Assembly (NCBI GenBank): GCA_030704615.1
Contig: CM060734.1
Location: 63,116,001-63,180,000 of the forward strand
Reading direction: 5' to 3'
Length of the DNA: 64,000 bases
Source: Takakia lepidozioides
Lineage: Eukaryota > Plantae > Bryophyta
The notes below the pieces were generated by a model. It searched no databases. It worked only from the letters and a program-made list of their open reading frames with translations, and was not told the DNA's origin. Positions 25,711 through 38,129 of the stretch are shown piece after piece (the stretch's first letter is position 1; the number at the start of each line of letters is the position of its first letter). Position numbers and translations under genes: made by a program.

Positions 25711-26098
25711 CAGTTTGACTGTTCCCCGACAAACTGAAACTCAACCATCGACAGCAAGTCACCAGGGCTTCACCTCTTGCGAACCCTATCAGAATTTCTG
25801 TGCAGCAACGTGATCAAGGGATGCCAACAAGCAAACGTCTCATTCACGAATTTCATCAGAATGGAATCACCGGAGAATCCACTTCCCCCTCTATCACGGG
25901 CCTGATCTCGAAACTCTCAGATCTGCCTGTAGTTTGACAGTTCCCCGACAAACTGAAACTCAACCATCGACCGTCACCAGGGCTTCACCTCTTGCGAACT
26001 CTATCAGAATTTCTGTGCAGCAACGCGATCAAGAGATGCCAGCAAGCAAACGTCTCATTCATGAATTTCATAAGAATGGCAGCACCGGAGAATCCACT
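25711..26098. repeat. ~170-bp direct duplication in the 5' region of the kinase paralog
   Basis: AGTTTGAC(T/A)GTTCCCCGACAAACTGAAACTCAACCATCGAC...CCGGAGAATCCACT occurs at ~25711-25884 and ~25930-26098; a single homologous tract lies upstream of the 14070 gene. Confidence 0.85.
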
Positions 26099-27404
26099 CG
26101 AAGCCACCGACTGGCACGAGGGCTCTGTAGCAGCGCATCGATCTGGTCGCCTGCTTCGCTGTGGCAGAGCCGGGCCCCGTTGGTAGAGTATAATATAAGA
26201 TCGAGGGCCGTGCGTTGAATCTCAACATTTCCATGATTCTGCTTCTAAGTCTAATAATCATGTCCAAATGTGTGGGGCAGCATCAATGCTCTCGAACCTT
26301 CCCACTGCAATAGACGTACGAGGAAGAAATTACGTCAGGTCTTCACCGGAAAGTAATGGATGAAACGCGACCATGGAAGTCCCTGAAAGCTTAGAAGGAG
26401 GCTTCTGTATAGGTACCAGAAAGTTCCCGCTCGAGGACTTTCCGCGGTTTAACCCTAAATGACGAGGCGACCCGGATCATCGGTACTAGGTAGGTGTTTA
26501 GGTATGCACAATTTATGGGGTGGCCCACCAAAATAGGTAGCGGTCTTTCAGGGTCAAGGGTGGGCCGGAGGGCACACCCGGCAAGTTGGAGGGCAGCGAC
26601 TTTCCAGTGCATAGAAATCTGCTCATGTGCTTCCACCCTCTGATTATCTGGGTGCACATCAACCCTAGATAACATCTCATCCCAGGGACAATATTGTTCC
26701 ACGAATCTCAAGGGCCACGTGGTTCGAGAAGCGCGGTTGACCAGGGGTTCCATGCCACGTACTCCCGTTCCATGGGGCGGGGACTGGGGACGGGGGCAGG
26801 TGCGAGGCCCTTCCGTGAAGGAGGGCGAATACAGTGGAAGGGCCGAGTCAGCTGCTGTGTGTGAGCGTAGAATACCAACGAGTCCTTTCGTGGTCCCAGA
26901 ATAGGCATGGGTCACGGGTGTGTCGGGTCCTGGGAGCGGTGTTAAGTTAGGTACGTCCTCCTGTCGGAACTTCCCGTGTGAGACGATTTCAACTCCTCAA
27001 CGCGGCGGGGTCCGTTGACATTTTCGAAAAAAATTACCCTCGCTTAGTAAAACCCCTGTAACTGGGGAAAAACTTGTCATTTTGATAATTCAATCGCACA
27101 ATACCCGGCCACCTAGTATCCCTGCACGCCCTGTCCAATTTTGTGGCCAATCAGCGAAGACGTGCGAAACCCTGCAGTTGAATGGAAGGACCTATTTTTG
27201 CCAGTTTTTAAAAATGAAGAAAAACCGACAGGATTTTAAAGGTTTTTGGAAATAATTTGAATTGATTCAAACTATTGAAATCCCAAATTCAATATAAAGG
27301 AAAATCTAGAGCATGTCAATTTTATTTATTTATTTTTTGGGTCAACTTATTTTCGCCATATGGGCCGAAGAAAGTAGAAATCACAGGTGGCCCTGCAAAG
27401 CCAA

Positions 27405-27806
27405 ATTCCGGCGCTATGGGTTTGTTCCCCTTCCTCTACCGGACTTAATCCTATATGGGGAATGTAGTCGATAGATGGGCCTGGCAAAGAAGACGGAATC
27501 TCACCAAGAGGACACCACAGACACAGACCTCCAAAACACTTTCATCCACCCACTCAAGCACACCGTTACACCCAGCGTACGCTCGCGTAAGACCCCAAAA
27601 GCCACCACCCTCACTGCCAGGGCAGTGAGGTTTAAATAGTATTAGGTCATAATCTAATCCGAGTGCCGCGTGGCACCTAAACTAGCTGTTAGAATAAGAC
27701 AGCCCCTAATAAAGCCATCAGCTGTTGCCAGCTCATCCTCATGCGCAAGGTATAAGTTCATCCAGACTTCATCATGGCTCCGTCCATCCCTTAAATCATC
27801 TGGAGC
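27405..27806 (-). repeat. Right arm of the large inverted repeat (partner 20656-21132)
   Basis: Reverse-complement identity with 20656-21132. Confidence 0.9.
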
Positions 27807-30547
27807 GCATCCCTCCTCCATTCATCCATGTCGAAAAGTAAGGTGAGAATGAATCCCAGCTCCACATATGTGAAGCATGTTGGGGCCACAAGAAATTGCG
27901 AGCTCCTGCGAGTGATGAGCTCAGGAAGAACAAAAATGAAGCCTAGCCAAATCAAACTACACACCCGACACACAACGGATGAAAAAACCTAGGGAAGAAA
28001 ACCTCACCCTGCAAGCTGGGTGGAGGACAAAATGTTCCATAGGAAAAACCCCAAGTGCTACAATTGGTGCAGAAAACTAGCACGAAATTCAAACACTAGT
28101 CTAAAGAAGAGGATGCCATGTTTTGAGGGCGAGCTCTCCGAGCTGTGGGGGTGAAAATCACCTGATGGTTCTCAACATTCACAAAGGTTAGATCAAAAGT
28201 AAGAGTGCATGGAATAAACAATGATACATGAATGGAGCTAGCTAAGTGAGGAGTAGAGGCATGTTGGGGGAGCAAGACATACTATCTGCCATGAAGAATA
28301 TCAAAGATAAGATAAGGGCCATCAATTCTTCGTTTGGTCTTGGAAATCTGCTTACCAGGCTGGAGCCTCACACAAACAGACTGGCCTACCTTGAATGACT
28401 CAGAATACACAACACGACGGTTGTAATTCTTGGCCTGAGCAGCTTGGGCAAACACAATGTTAGATTTTGCAGTTTCACGCAAACTACGTCGTCTAGCATC
28501 CATGGAAAGCAAAAATACTTCCCAATTTTTAGGCTCAGTAGCCGAGACCTGTAGCCAGGAGATATGCAAAGGAGTTCTACATTTCCTACCATACAAAAGT
28601 TCAAAAGGTGAGATCTTGGTACTGGCACGGATAGAAGTCCTGTAGGCAAAGAGCAGAATAGACACAGCAATATCCCATTCATCAATGAGTGCCCCATTCT
28701 TCTCGAGCATCTGACATATAGTTTTGTTAAATCGTTCTGTCAAACCATTGTATTGGGGATTGTAAGGAGCAGTAACGGCATGCTTAGTGTTGAGATTAAA
28801 CAAGACAATCTCCATAAGTTGGTTGCAGAACTGTGTACCTTGATCCGTGAGGATTTCCAGAGGGCAACCATGACGAAGAATCACCTTATCAAAGAAGAAC
28901 TGCTCCACCTCATCCCTATCCTTAGCAACCAGAGGTCGGAGCTCAACCCATTTCGTCAGGTAGTCCGTTGCAACCGTAAGGTGTGTATGGCTCTTGGACG
29001 TGGATTTAAGGGGTCCGACTAGATCTAAGCCAACCCTGGCAAATGGTTCAGTCACCAGGATTGGCTGTAGAGGTAAGGGAGCTTCGGTTCTAGGTATGAG
29101 GTTTTAGCTTGACATGGAAGCTGAGACATCTTTAACTAAGCATTTCCAGTGATATTGCTCATGTAATCTCTTGACAGTTTTAGCAACCCCCAAATGGCCA
29201 GCATAAGTAGAAGCATGATACAATTCGAGCAAAGCAGGGACAACGGACCTAGAAGGGACTTCCACAACAGATGTACCTTCCAAAGCAATGACTCTGCACA
29301 ATCTCCCTTCATTTTCCCGGTGGCTGGGTAAGTGATAGATGACTTGCCTCATGAGCAGCTTGGATATGCCACTAAGGTGGGTGCCGATTTTGCACCTATG
29401 GAGAAAAACATCGTATAATGGATCATCCATGCCTACATCACTCATGGCCACACAATAACAGGTTAGTGCATGCGAGAAGAAAGTGGCAGCCCTCGTTCTC
29501 TTCTTTTCGTAATCTTGACTTCATTTTCAGTTGGCTGCCTATGAGGAGGCAAGCAGGCTGTAAGGCTCAGCTCAGTCCCTTGGTCAGGAAACAAACCAAG
29601 GCAGACGCAAGACAAGATGAGCAGTTCTGAGGTAAGGGAAAGTACCAGACTCGTCTGCATGATACCAGACCAGAATTTATGCCAGTACCAGGGGAAAGTC
29701 AACCAACATCAAATTGAAGAAGATCCCAAGTGTCAAGCAAATCTGGAGGCACATAAGGATAGTCCATCAAATGACATAAGACATAGGGATCTGAAACAGG
29801 CTCAGCAGGTGATGGAGATCGTGCAGCAGGGGAGACTAGATCATTTAAGGTAGTGTAAGGTGCAGGGATTTTGGATTCGTCTCGAGTCAAAGCATCTGCA
29901 TTAACGTTATCCTTCCCACGCTTGTAGGAGATGGTAAAGTCATAGCCTTGCAGAATGAGAGCCCACCGAGCTAATCTGCCAGTGAGTTCATGAGGGGTTA
30001 GCAAGGCTTTTAAAGATAGATGATCAGTTTCAATGGTAAAATGACAGCCATGTAAATACTGCCGAAAATATTTGACTCCAAAGATAACTGCAATGCCTTC
30101 CTTGTCAGTGATAGAGTAATTGCACTCATGTTTATCAAGGCGGCGAGAGGCGTATGCGATGGCATGCTCCTGACCATCTTGAATCTGGCTCAACACAACA
30201 GAGATAGCTTGCAGGCATCAGTTTGCAAGATAAATGACAAGGTAAAATCAGGATAAGCAAGCACATGAGCAGAGGTTAAGTGCAATTTTGAGCTTCTCAA
30301 ATGCGGACGTTTCAGCAGTACCCCATACAAAACGAGTATCCTTGGATAACAAGTGAGCGAGTGGAGCAGCTAGTTTGGCAAACTGAAAGATGAAGCGACG
30401 ATAGTAAGAACCCAAGCCTAAGAAGGCTTTAACGCATGTTTTATCCTGAGGGGCTGGATAGTTCCACACAGCTTGGATCTTAGCAGGGTCAGGACTGATG
30501 CCAGCAGCAGAAAACAGATGGCCCAAGAAAATGAGTTGTTGGGCAGT

Positions 30548-31233
30548 TACAAGGTTGAGTGGACAAAAAACGGCAGATCCTACTCCATGAAAGTCCATGA
30601 CCAAAAAAGAAAGTTGAGGATACTATCCCAAATTATTATTTTTGGTGATAGATAATGGTATACTGAACATATTTAGTAAAGAGTCCTACCCCAAATATTA
30701 AAGATATAATTCATTAAATATTTTAGTATATTATTTAGAGAAATTATGAAAAACTAAAAATTAGAGTTTACAAAAAAATTCAATATGACACCTAGCCATT
30801 GAAGATTATAGGTTTTTATACTTCTAGAGAAAAAATGATACCCAAAATCCAAAATTCAAGATCAGCTATGGACTTTTCAAAAAACGCATATTGTTTTTAC
30901 ATATATTAGTCCATATGAGTCAAATGACAAATGATTTTGCCACTTCAAATCCATACCTATGATGTGGACCAAAATGGCCACCTTATGTCCAAATTTCAAT
31001 GGAATTCAACAATGGCACATAGGAGAACTTGAGTCCATTGTAATTCCATTCATTGCGGTAACAATCCACAATGACGGTGTTCAAAAGTCCACTGCGGAGT
31101 CATTTCTTATCGGATTCGTGATTGGAGAGTTGCTATGGGTGCGTATTGAAGCTAGAAATCCAATGACATATATATATGCTGGTTTTAATGAATTAATTCA
31201 ATTTCAATTGATGACACCATCAATTGCAGTCAT
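30548..31233. mobile_element. AT-rich non-coding insertion that replaces the RT catalytic core (YxDD) of the gypsy element
   Basis: RT stops at LASGF (31234) and resumes at QQLIFLGH (~30545); the intervening DNA is AT-rich and unrelated; no TIR seen. Confidence 0.6.
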
Positions 31234-31799
31234 CTAAAAGCCAGAGGCTAAATCTAAGGAAGAGAAGATAGTGGCCCCATTAAGTTGATCTAGCGTTTCA
31301 TTGATGCGTGACAAAGGGTAAACATCCCTCTTTGTAATGGCATTTAAACGCCGAAAATCAACGCAAAAACGGGTTGAGCAATCCTTCTTACCCACCAAGA
31401 CAATGGGACTGGCCCAAGGGGATATGGAGGGGGTGATTACACCAGCATCAAGCATTTTGGTAATCTCATCCTGAATGACCTTGCGCTCATGAACACTCTC
31501 CCTGTAAGCATGTTGTTTGATAGGCTTACCATCCGTGATGATGTCATGATCCAAAAGGGTGGTGCGGCCCAAGTCATGAAGCCCTTGACTAAAGATGTCG
31601 AGATTGTCACGCAGAAACTGGTGCAGGCGATCAATCTGCTGGGGAACAAGGTGATCACCCACCTTGATATCCTTTAAGACCTACTGGAAATGTTGCTATG
31701 CTTCAGGAGTAAGCGGGCCCTTGTCAGTGGAACCAGAATGAGAGGCAAACGCCTGGAGTTGGTCCACAGGGGAATCCACTAGCCCAATATCATGAAGAC

Positions 31800-32120
31800 T
31801 GAGACCTTTCTGAACAGAGGCCAATTCAGACATAGGAGAAGCAATGAGCCTAGCAAGGACCTGACCCCTGCGGACACTGATGCTGATACGTTCAGGATTA
31901 GCAATCAGTAACCTGACCTCACCCTTGAATCCCCTGTCTAAAATCCCAGAAGCAACCAGACAGTGTTTTTGGAGGGTAAGTTTTTTCCAGCCCTCAACCT
32001 CAAGGAAATGACCTGCAGGGCAAGCAAAAGCTAAGCCTGTAGGTACTATGCGCTGAGAAAAAACAGGGATGCTGAAATCAACTGGAGAACGTAGCAACAT
32101 GGTGTTCTTTGCCATAGGCA
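31800..32120 (-). other. dUTPase-like domain inside the gypsy pol, between protease and RT
   Basis: LRSPVDFSIP..RIVPTGLAFACPAGHFLEV..LVASGILDRGFKGEVRLLIAN..SVRRGQVLARLI follows the trimeric dUTPase pattern (v.TGl...iP.G, GvID.dyrGEi, G.riAQli). Confidence 0.75.
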
Positions 32121-34969
32121 GGGGATGTCCAAACTTCTTACCTGGTGGAGGGAAGAGCCATTGGTACAAAGTATCACCAAGTGGTTGAAACTGGCTGAAT
32201 CTGGCCCAATTATAATGCAAACTGCTCTGTCATCTGCTCAGCTTGAAGCTTGAGACGAGAATAGTTGGCCATAGAGGTCCCAACAGCAATAGTAACATGG
32301 CTTTAGACTCACCTTGTAAGGTTGCCCTTCACCATTGTAAAGGCACATAAGATTGTTCATGATGTCAATGCTGGCCTCTGCACCCTTCATCCAATCCAGA
32401 CCTAGCAAAATTTGTTCACCCATGGTGACAATGCAAGTCTGCAAGACAATTTTCCCACTAATGGGGATAGGTAAGGTGACTAACCCAATGGGTTCATATG
32501 CCGTGCCATCAGCTATGGTAGCCACAACGCCACAAGCAGAGCTAATCTTTAATCCAAGAATGCAAACTGCACTCCCACATGACATTGTGTCATCAATGGG
32601 TGGATCCGGTCCCTACTGATGTGCTTATAGGCCTCACAGTGCATGAGTTTGAAATCACGAGAAAGAACAGCACTTACCAGCGTGTTGGGGTTCTTACCAT
32701 GGTCATCTGGCATCCTCACAGACGACCGGGTTTGTTTAAAGTACCCTTCTGTTTTTTGTCTCTTTGTAACTGTTCAATCAGGGCAGGCAAGTCAGATTGG
32801 TAAGACCACCACCTAGTGTAATGCTTGATGGACTTACAGATCATCCATGCCACCAGTGAGGTCCTGGTGTCATGACGAATGCCAGCATGGGTTTTACCTT
32901 GAGGCCCAGATCTGGCAGGGACTGTAGGGTTCCAGCCTACCTTAGCTTTGAAGGCTTGTAGTTCTCCCTGGATTTCATTACGAAAAGATGACAACTCATG
33001 GACAATGGAAGGGACCAGATCTTTTGCAATACCTTTCACCCCAGGGTCCCCATTAATAGGCTCTACACAATGACTCTCACTAGGCAGATGAGTGTATTTC
33101 GTGTTGGTTACTTTAGACAGGCCTGCCTTGAGACGTAACCTTTTTTCAATCAATTCCACCATCTCATCTTCAGTGGTGTAAGTCTGTTTTTGCATAAACA
33201 TTTTTTCAGCAGGGGGCAAGCCCTTTACAAAACAATGTTTCAAAATAGCAGGTTTCTCTGATGCAATCAAAACCAACTTACAGATTGCAGTTCGCAAGTC
33301 AGTGTAGTATTTCCACACACTGTCGTCATGATGAAATTTTAAGTCTGGTGTGGTGTAAGCTATGGGTTTTTCTTCACGAAAGAGCTTGCGAGCCAATTCT
33401 CTGGCTTCTACCCACGTAAGTTCATTTTTGTCCTTAATGTTGGACTCAAACAGTTGCCTGGCCTCTCCCTTGAGACAGATCTGAAATGACTTGACTTGGA
33501 ATCGTGGGGGAACTCCATTCATTTCAGTGCTGATTTCAAAAAATTCCAAGAAGGACTCAAAATCTTCCCCGAAGTTGTAGTCAGGGTATTGCTGCTTATG
33601 CATTCGCTCTCCATGATCAGTTTTCCGTGGAGTAGTATCCGGAACTTCAGTTTGTTTTAGCAACATCTTCAAAAGGGGGGAGGCAATTTGAAATCACCCC
33701 CATGGCTTCACACAGCTCGTCCAAATCAAATGTGGCTGAGGCACAGTCGCCGGATCCTTGTGATCTCCGGACGACTCTCCCCTTTCCATATTATTCTTTT
33801 CATTAATTGTTGTCTTTTCCCTCTCCTCCGCTGCACGTTTTTCCAATTCACTTAGTCCCATCGTTTCTTCTGCTTCCCTTTCTAGCATAGATCTTGTAAA
33901 TACAGACATGAGAAGAGGAGTACACGGCTACCTGTCCGAAGGGGCACTGAGCTGTGAATCCCACCCGGACACACAGTGGGATGTGATGAAGTGATGCTTG
34001 TGCAGCAGATACACTCCTTCTCCCAAGAATGCCCACAGTTCCTCTTCACCCTTGAGCGAAAAAGCCACGCATACGATACTGCGTACTACCTTTTTCTTCA
34101 CCAACAACGTGTGGGTATGATATGTCTGAACTTCTTTGGCCTTGTAGAGACCTACTGTTTCACGCCGAAAACACACCCCCGGAAAGATCAACACATCACT
34201 GGGACAAAAAAGAAATTCAGAGTCGGGGATACCCATTAGCTCTTCCCAAGTGGGATCCCGGGTAGGGGCTGGCAGAACTCGAGGCCTTAAATTAGCAAGT
34301 AGGATAGATGTTCCTTCTTTAACTAGTTCCCTTAATCATAGAGGGCTCGGCTTGTCAGGAGGCAGAAAGCTCTCAGGCTCTACACCCAATTCTCGACTCA
34401 CAGAGAATTGTGGAATACCCAAGACAACCCAGCTAAGCTTCTCACCACTCTCCAACTGCTCCTTGGCACTAGCAAGGAGGATTTGTAGAGTGACTTCCCT
34501 CGAATGAAGTTTGAGGAGAAGGCGTGCAGCATAGGCTCCCTGAAGAGATTTGCGAATGCGCCGGCTCTGCTCCCTTTGCTCCGCTTTGGTGCGTATAGGT
34601 TTGCAAGCTTCTTTGCGCGCAGTTTCCTCAAAGGTTTTGGCCCAAAACTCCGGCGTGTCCAGCGGCAGCTCGGGCCGCGGAATAGGTTCTTCCTCCGGGT
34701 AATCAATCCTTGAAGACCTCCTCAACCGGAGAAAAATCCCCAACCTCATCCATCACCGCCTTGGCAGCCAACTCCCTCTAAACCTCAAGCATCTCCCACG
34801 TGTGCCATGGATGCGGCCTGCACCTCATGGTCTTCATCTGTTCGCCCCCACTCGTTGCCTGTACCATCTCGCTAGGTAGAGAGACCATCAAGGGAAGTAT
34901 ACTCCATACTCTACGCTGCTCAGCCATAGCCAAGCTGATAATCCAAGTCAAGGTACCAGTAAAACCCAT

Positions 34970-36480
34970 CGCTTGTTTTATGTGGATCACCAGGCTCTGA
35001 TATATCTGGTGAACAAACCTTTGATAAGTGGAAGGATAGCAAGGTGGTTGATAATCTTGCATGAGTTTGAGTTCGAGGTTGTTTACAAGTCTGGTCGGTT
35101 GCATCTTGTGGCAGATCATTTGTCACGCCTATCAACAGGAGAGCCAGCCACAGGAGTAGACGACCAATTACCTGATGCAAGTTTGTTTGTAGTGGAGGTG
35201 CAGGGAAGTGCAGAAGAATGGTTAGATTGGCAGTGGCCAATCAGATACTACCTTACTCATGGTCAGTGCCCACCTAGTTATGGGAAGGAGCAGAAGAAGA
35301 GAATCGTTATCAAGGCTCTACCTTATACTACGGTAGGGGGCAGAATGTATAAGCTAGGACCTGATGGAGTACTGAAACGATGCTTGTACCACCATGAAGT
35401 AAATAAAGTTTTGGAGAAAGTTCATAAAGGAGCGGCTGGAGGTCATTTTGGAGAAGAGACTACCAGTAGAAAGATACTACTTGCAGGTTACTGGTGGCCT
35501 ACTTTGTTCAAGGATGTACACAAGTATTGTAAAACTTGTGATGAATGTCAGAGGCTAGGACCATTGCAGAGATCTGGGAAGATGGCTTTGCATCCTACAA
35601 TGCCTACTGAACTATTTCAGAAATGGGGCTAGACTTTGTTGGACCAATTAACCCACCAGCCAAGAATACACAGAACAAGTATATAATCACAGCCACTGAT
35701 TATACTACAAAGTGGGTGGAAGCTAAAGCTCTGAGGGACAACACAGCTAAGTCCACAGCAAGGTTCCTGTATGAGAACATACTTACACGATTTGGCTGTC
35801 CCCTAGAATTTATCAGTGACCAGGGAAGTCACTTCATTAATGAAACCATAGATCTCTTGACTAAGGAGTTCATGATTGTGCATAGAAAGAGTACAACTTA
35901 TTACCCACAGGGTAATGGGCATGCAGAGGCTACTAACAAAATACTATATACTATCTTGGCGAAGATAGTCAATGCGAACAGAAGAGATTGGGATACAAAG
36001 CTGCTGACAACTTTGTGATCATACAGGACTTCATATGAAGTCACCACGAAGTATACACCATTCCAATTAGTTTATGGTATGGAAGCTTTACTACCAGTGG
36101 AATTCTCGTTACCCACCATGAGAACTGAATGTGGAAGAAGAATGGAATTGGAAGATTCAATTAAGGTGAGGAAACATGAATTATACCATGTGGAAGAAGT
36201 ACGTGCTGATGCAGCTGATAACATGACCAGAATTCAGATAAGGAGGAAGGATCAGTTTGATGAAGGCAAATTAAAGACTTTTAAGACGGGAGATTTGGTT
36301 CTGTGGTTGCAAAAGAAGGGGGAGATTAAGACTTCTAAGCTTAAATCACCATGGAAAGGACCTTATGTCATACAGAAGATGTATGATAACAACACCGCCA
36401 TGTTACAAACCATTAACAAAGAGATGATGGGAAGAGTTAATGCCAATAAGTTGAAGGGATACAGTGGTATCCATGACAAA
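34970..36480 (+). mobile_element. Non-chromovirus Ty3/gypsy RNase H - integrase fragment (5'-truncated)
   Basis: YVDHQAL..GRIARWL..EFEFEVVYKSG..VADHLSRL; H..GGHFG..YWWPTLFKD..CDECQR; WGLDFVGP..SDQGSHF..YYPQGNGHAE; WKGPY; frameshift at ~35625 and stop at 36016. Confidence 0.92.
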
Positions 36481-36713
36481 CCAACACAGAAACAGTCACG
36501 GGCTGCACCGGTAATACCAACGGAGCATGAAGCACTTGTCGTAAACCCGATGGTGTATGGCCTGAGCGGAGCACACGGGTGTTCCCACACAGCCTATCAC
36601 AGCCTATCACAGCCCAACACAACATCACATAGTTTATCACCGCCCCACCACAGTTTGACACAGCCTGTCACAGCCCAACACAGCCCACACAGGTTGCACA
36701 GTCCATAGGGTCA

Positions 36714-37691
36714 GTGACAAGTGGTCGCGGGTTAATGTCAAAAGAATGGCCGGTGAGTGTAAAGACAATTTGGAAGTCAAACTCAGAGAATGTGCCACGC
36801 GGACAGAGGGAGACGGGAGAATGTTTGAATTCAAACACGTGGCCTAAGGGGCGAAGCACTCCGCATTGCATGTACTGCAATAGCAGGTGTCAACATGCAA
36901 GAAAACAAATAGAGCCGTCAAAGTACCTACCCAATATCTCAGCCGAAAATAATTATGGACCCATTAATGCATTCAGGGCAAGGGTAACGGAACCCTGTAC
37001 GAATACAGAAAAGGGTTATCTTTGCCACATGTGCTATCCTAGTGGACATTCCAGGGGGGAAAGTTCACTAAAGGAAATTAAATTAAAAAGTTACTCAAAG
37101 AGGCAACAGCCAATCACGAGCCACAATTACCTGCAGAGGGTATCCTCCAAGAAACAAGATCAAGAATTAAAAAAAAAATTGAGCGGAAGAGTAGGGGTCG
37201 TTCCGAATAACGGGCGTCTCGACATGAGAGACAATCAAAGCTATAGCTTTGAAGCTATGGCGGAAATAACAGACTACACGCTCGCCTTATTACTTACGCA
37301 GTGGCACGAGAACGGACGAACTGAGAGTACATTTTTTCTCAATCGATACTTGCAAGCCCCGCAGGCTTACAAGCATTTACGCATTTCATTCTGTGCCAAC
37401 CACACTTTTATGCTCTGTGCCCTGCAGGCGTTTCTTCAGTTGTTGCAAACAAAACCTTTCTGTTTGTCTAGAATGAAGAGAGTGAGAGGAATGGAAGATA
37501 TCAGGGTGAAGAGTACCACAATACTACAGAAGCAAACGATTGCTACACCACAGGCAGTTCAGCTACTGAGGGAGCTGCGATTGGAGGGGCTGCTACGCAA
37601 GGATTGGTCATTGCATCATCGGCAATACATGCTGCAATTTCTGCAAAACTTTGAGCCTAAGACGGGAGTAACCCAGGTGAAACCGTTCTAA
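36714..37691 (+). CDS. Extra ORF downstream of gypsy pol (retrotransposon accessory ORF, probably truncated)
   Basis: 325-codon ORF in sense orientation just after the integrase and a CACAGCC-rich spacer; only the C-terminal part looks clearly coding. Confidence 0.4.
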   Translation: MTSGRGLMSKEWPVSVKTIWKSNSENVPRGQRETGECLNSNTWPKGRSTPHCMYCNSRCQHARKQIEPSKYLPNISAENNYGPINAFRARVTEPCTNTEKGYLCHMCYPSGHSRGESSLKEIKLKSYSKRQQPITSHNYLQRVSSKKQDQELKKKLSGRVGVVPNNGRLDMRDNQSYSFEAMAEITDYTLALLLTQWHENGRTESTFFLNRYLQAPQAYKHLRISFCANHTFMLCALQAFLQLLQTKPFCLSRMKRVRGMEDIRVKSTTILQKQTIATPQAVQLLRELRLEGLLRKDWSLHHRQYMLQFLQNFEPKTGVTQVKPF

Positions 37692-37867
37692 ATATGTAAG
37701 TGTTCTAGGTCAACATCTTGCACCAGAGGCTTTTTCCTACGCCATGCTGTAGGAATGAATGATCAAATGGCAAGAGAGACCTTGATCTTCCATATTTGGA
37801 CAAACGGTTATTGATGAAACTGACTTCCTCATGTCCTTCTAATGTCTATGAATTCTTGAATATGCAT

Positions 37868-37926
37868 ATGATAAAGTGCAGCTGGAGAAATTGGACAACC
37901 ATGCTTTTCAAAACAAAGCAGTTCAG
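37868..37926 (+). pseudogene. Orphan exon 2 of the kinase-jacalin paralog
   Basis: 59-nt exon DKVQLEKLDNHAFQNKAVQ versus DEVQLEKLDADAFQNKAIQ (15997-16055); acceptor mutated CAG>CAT; flanking intron sequence is homologous to ~15900-16170. Confidence 0.85.
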
Positions 37927-38129
37927 GTTCATAATGACTACAAACATTCTTTGAGTATATTTGCATTGTGTAGTAGTTTGATAAAATCCTTACTTATTGT
38001 TTTTGCGATTTCAAGAGAGTACGTCAGGACCATATTCTGTTGGGGCAAGTCACTTGATTGCCCATTCTTTCCACTTGCATTTTATTGTCATTCCTGCTTT
38101 TGACGAGGTGCATGCCTATATTGGTCAAT

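Larger units (their letters stand above)
28282..33909 (-). mobile_element. Ty3/gypsy LTR retrotransposon internal region: gag - protease - dUTPase-like - RT - RNase H - integrase (degenerate)
   Basis: gag 32716-33909 with decayed knuckle; protease (TIADGT, ILLGLDWM) 32238-32640; dUTPase-like 31696-32220; RT SPWASPIVLV..RFCVDFRRLN..SLDLASGF and FLGLGSYYRRFI; RNase H IAYASRRL..ETDH..LARWALILQ..NADALTR; integrase VGLDLVG..TDQG..NGLTERFN. Many stops and frameshifts. Confidence 0.93.
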
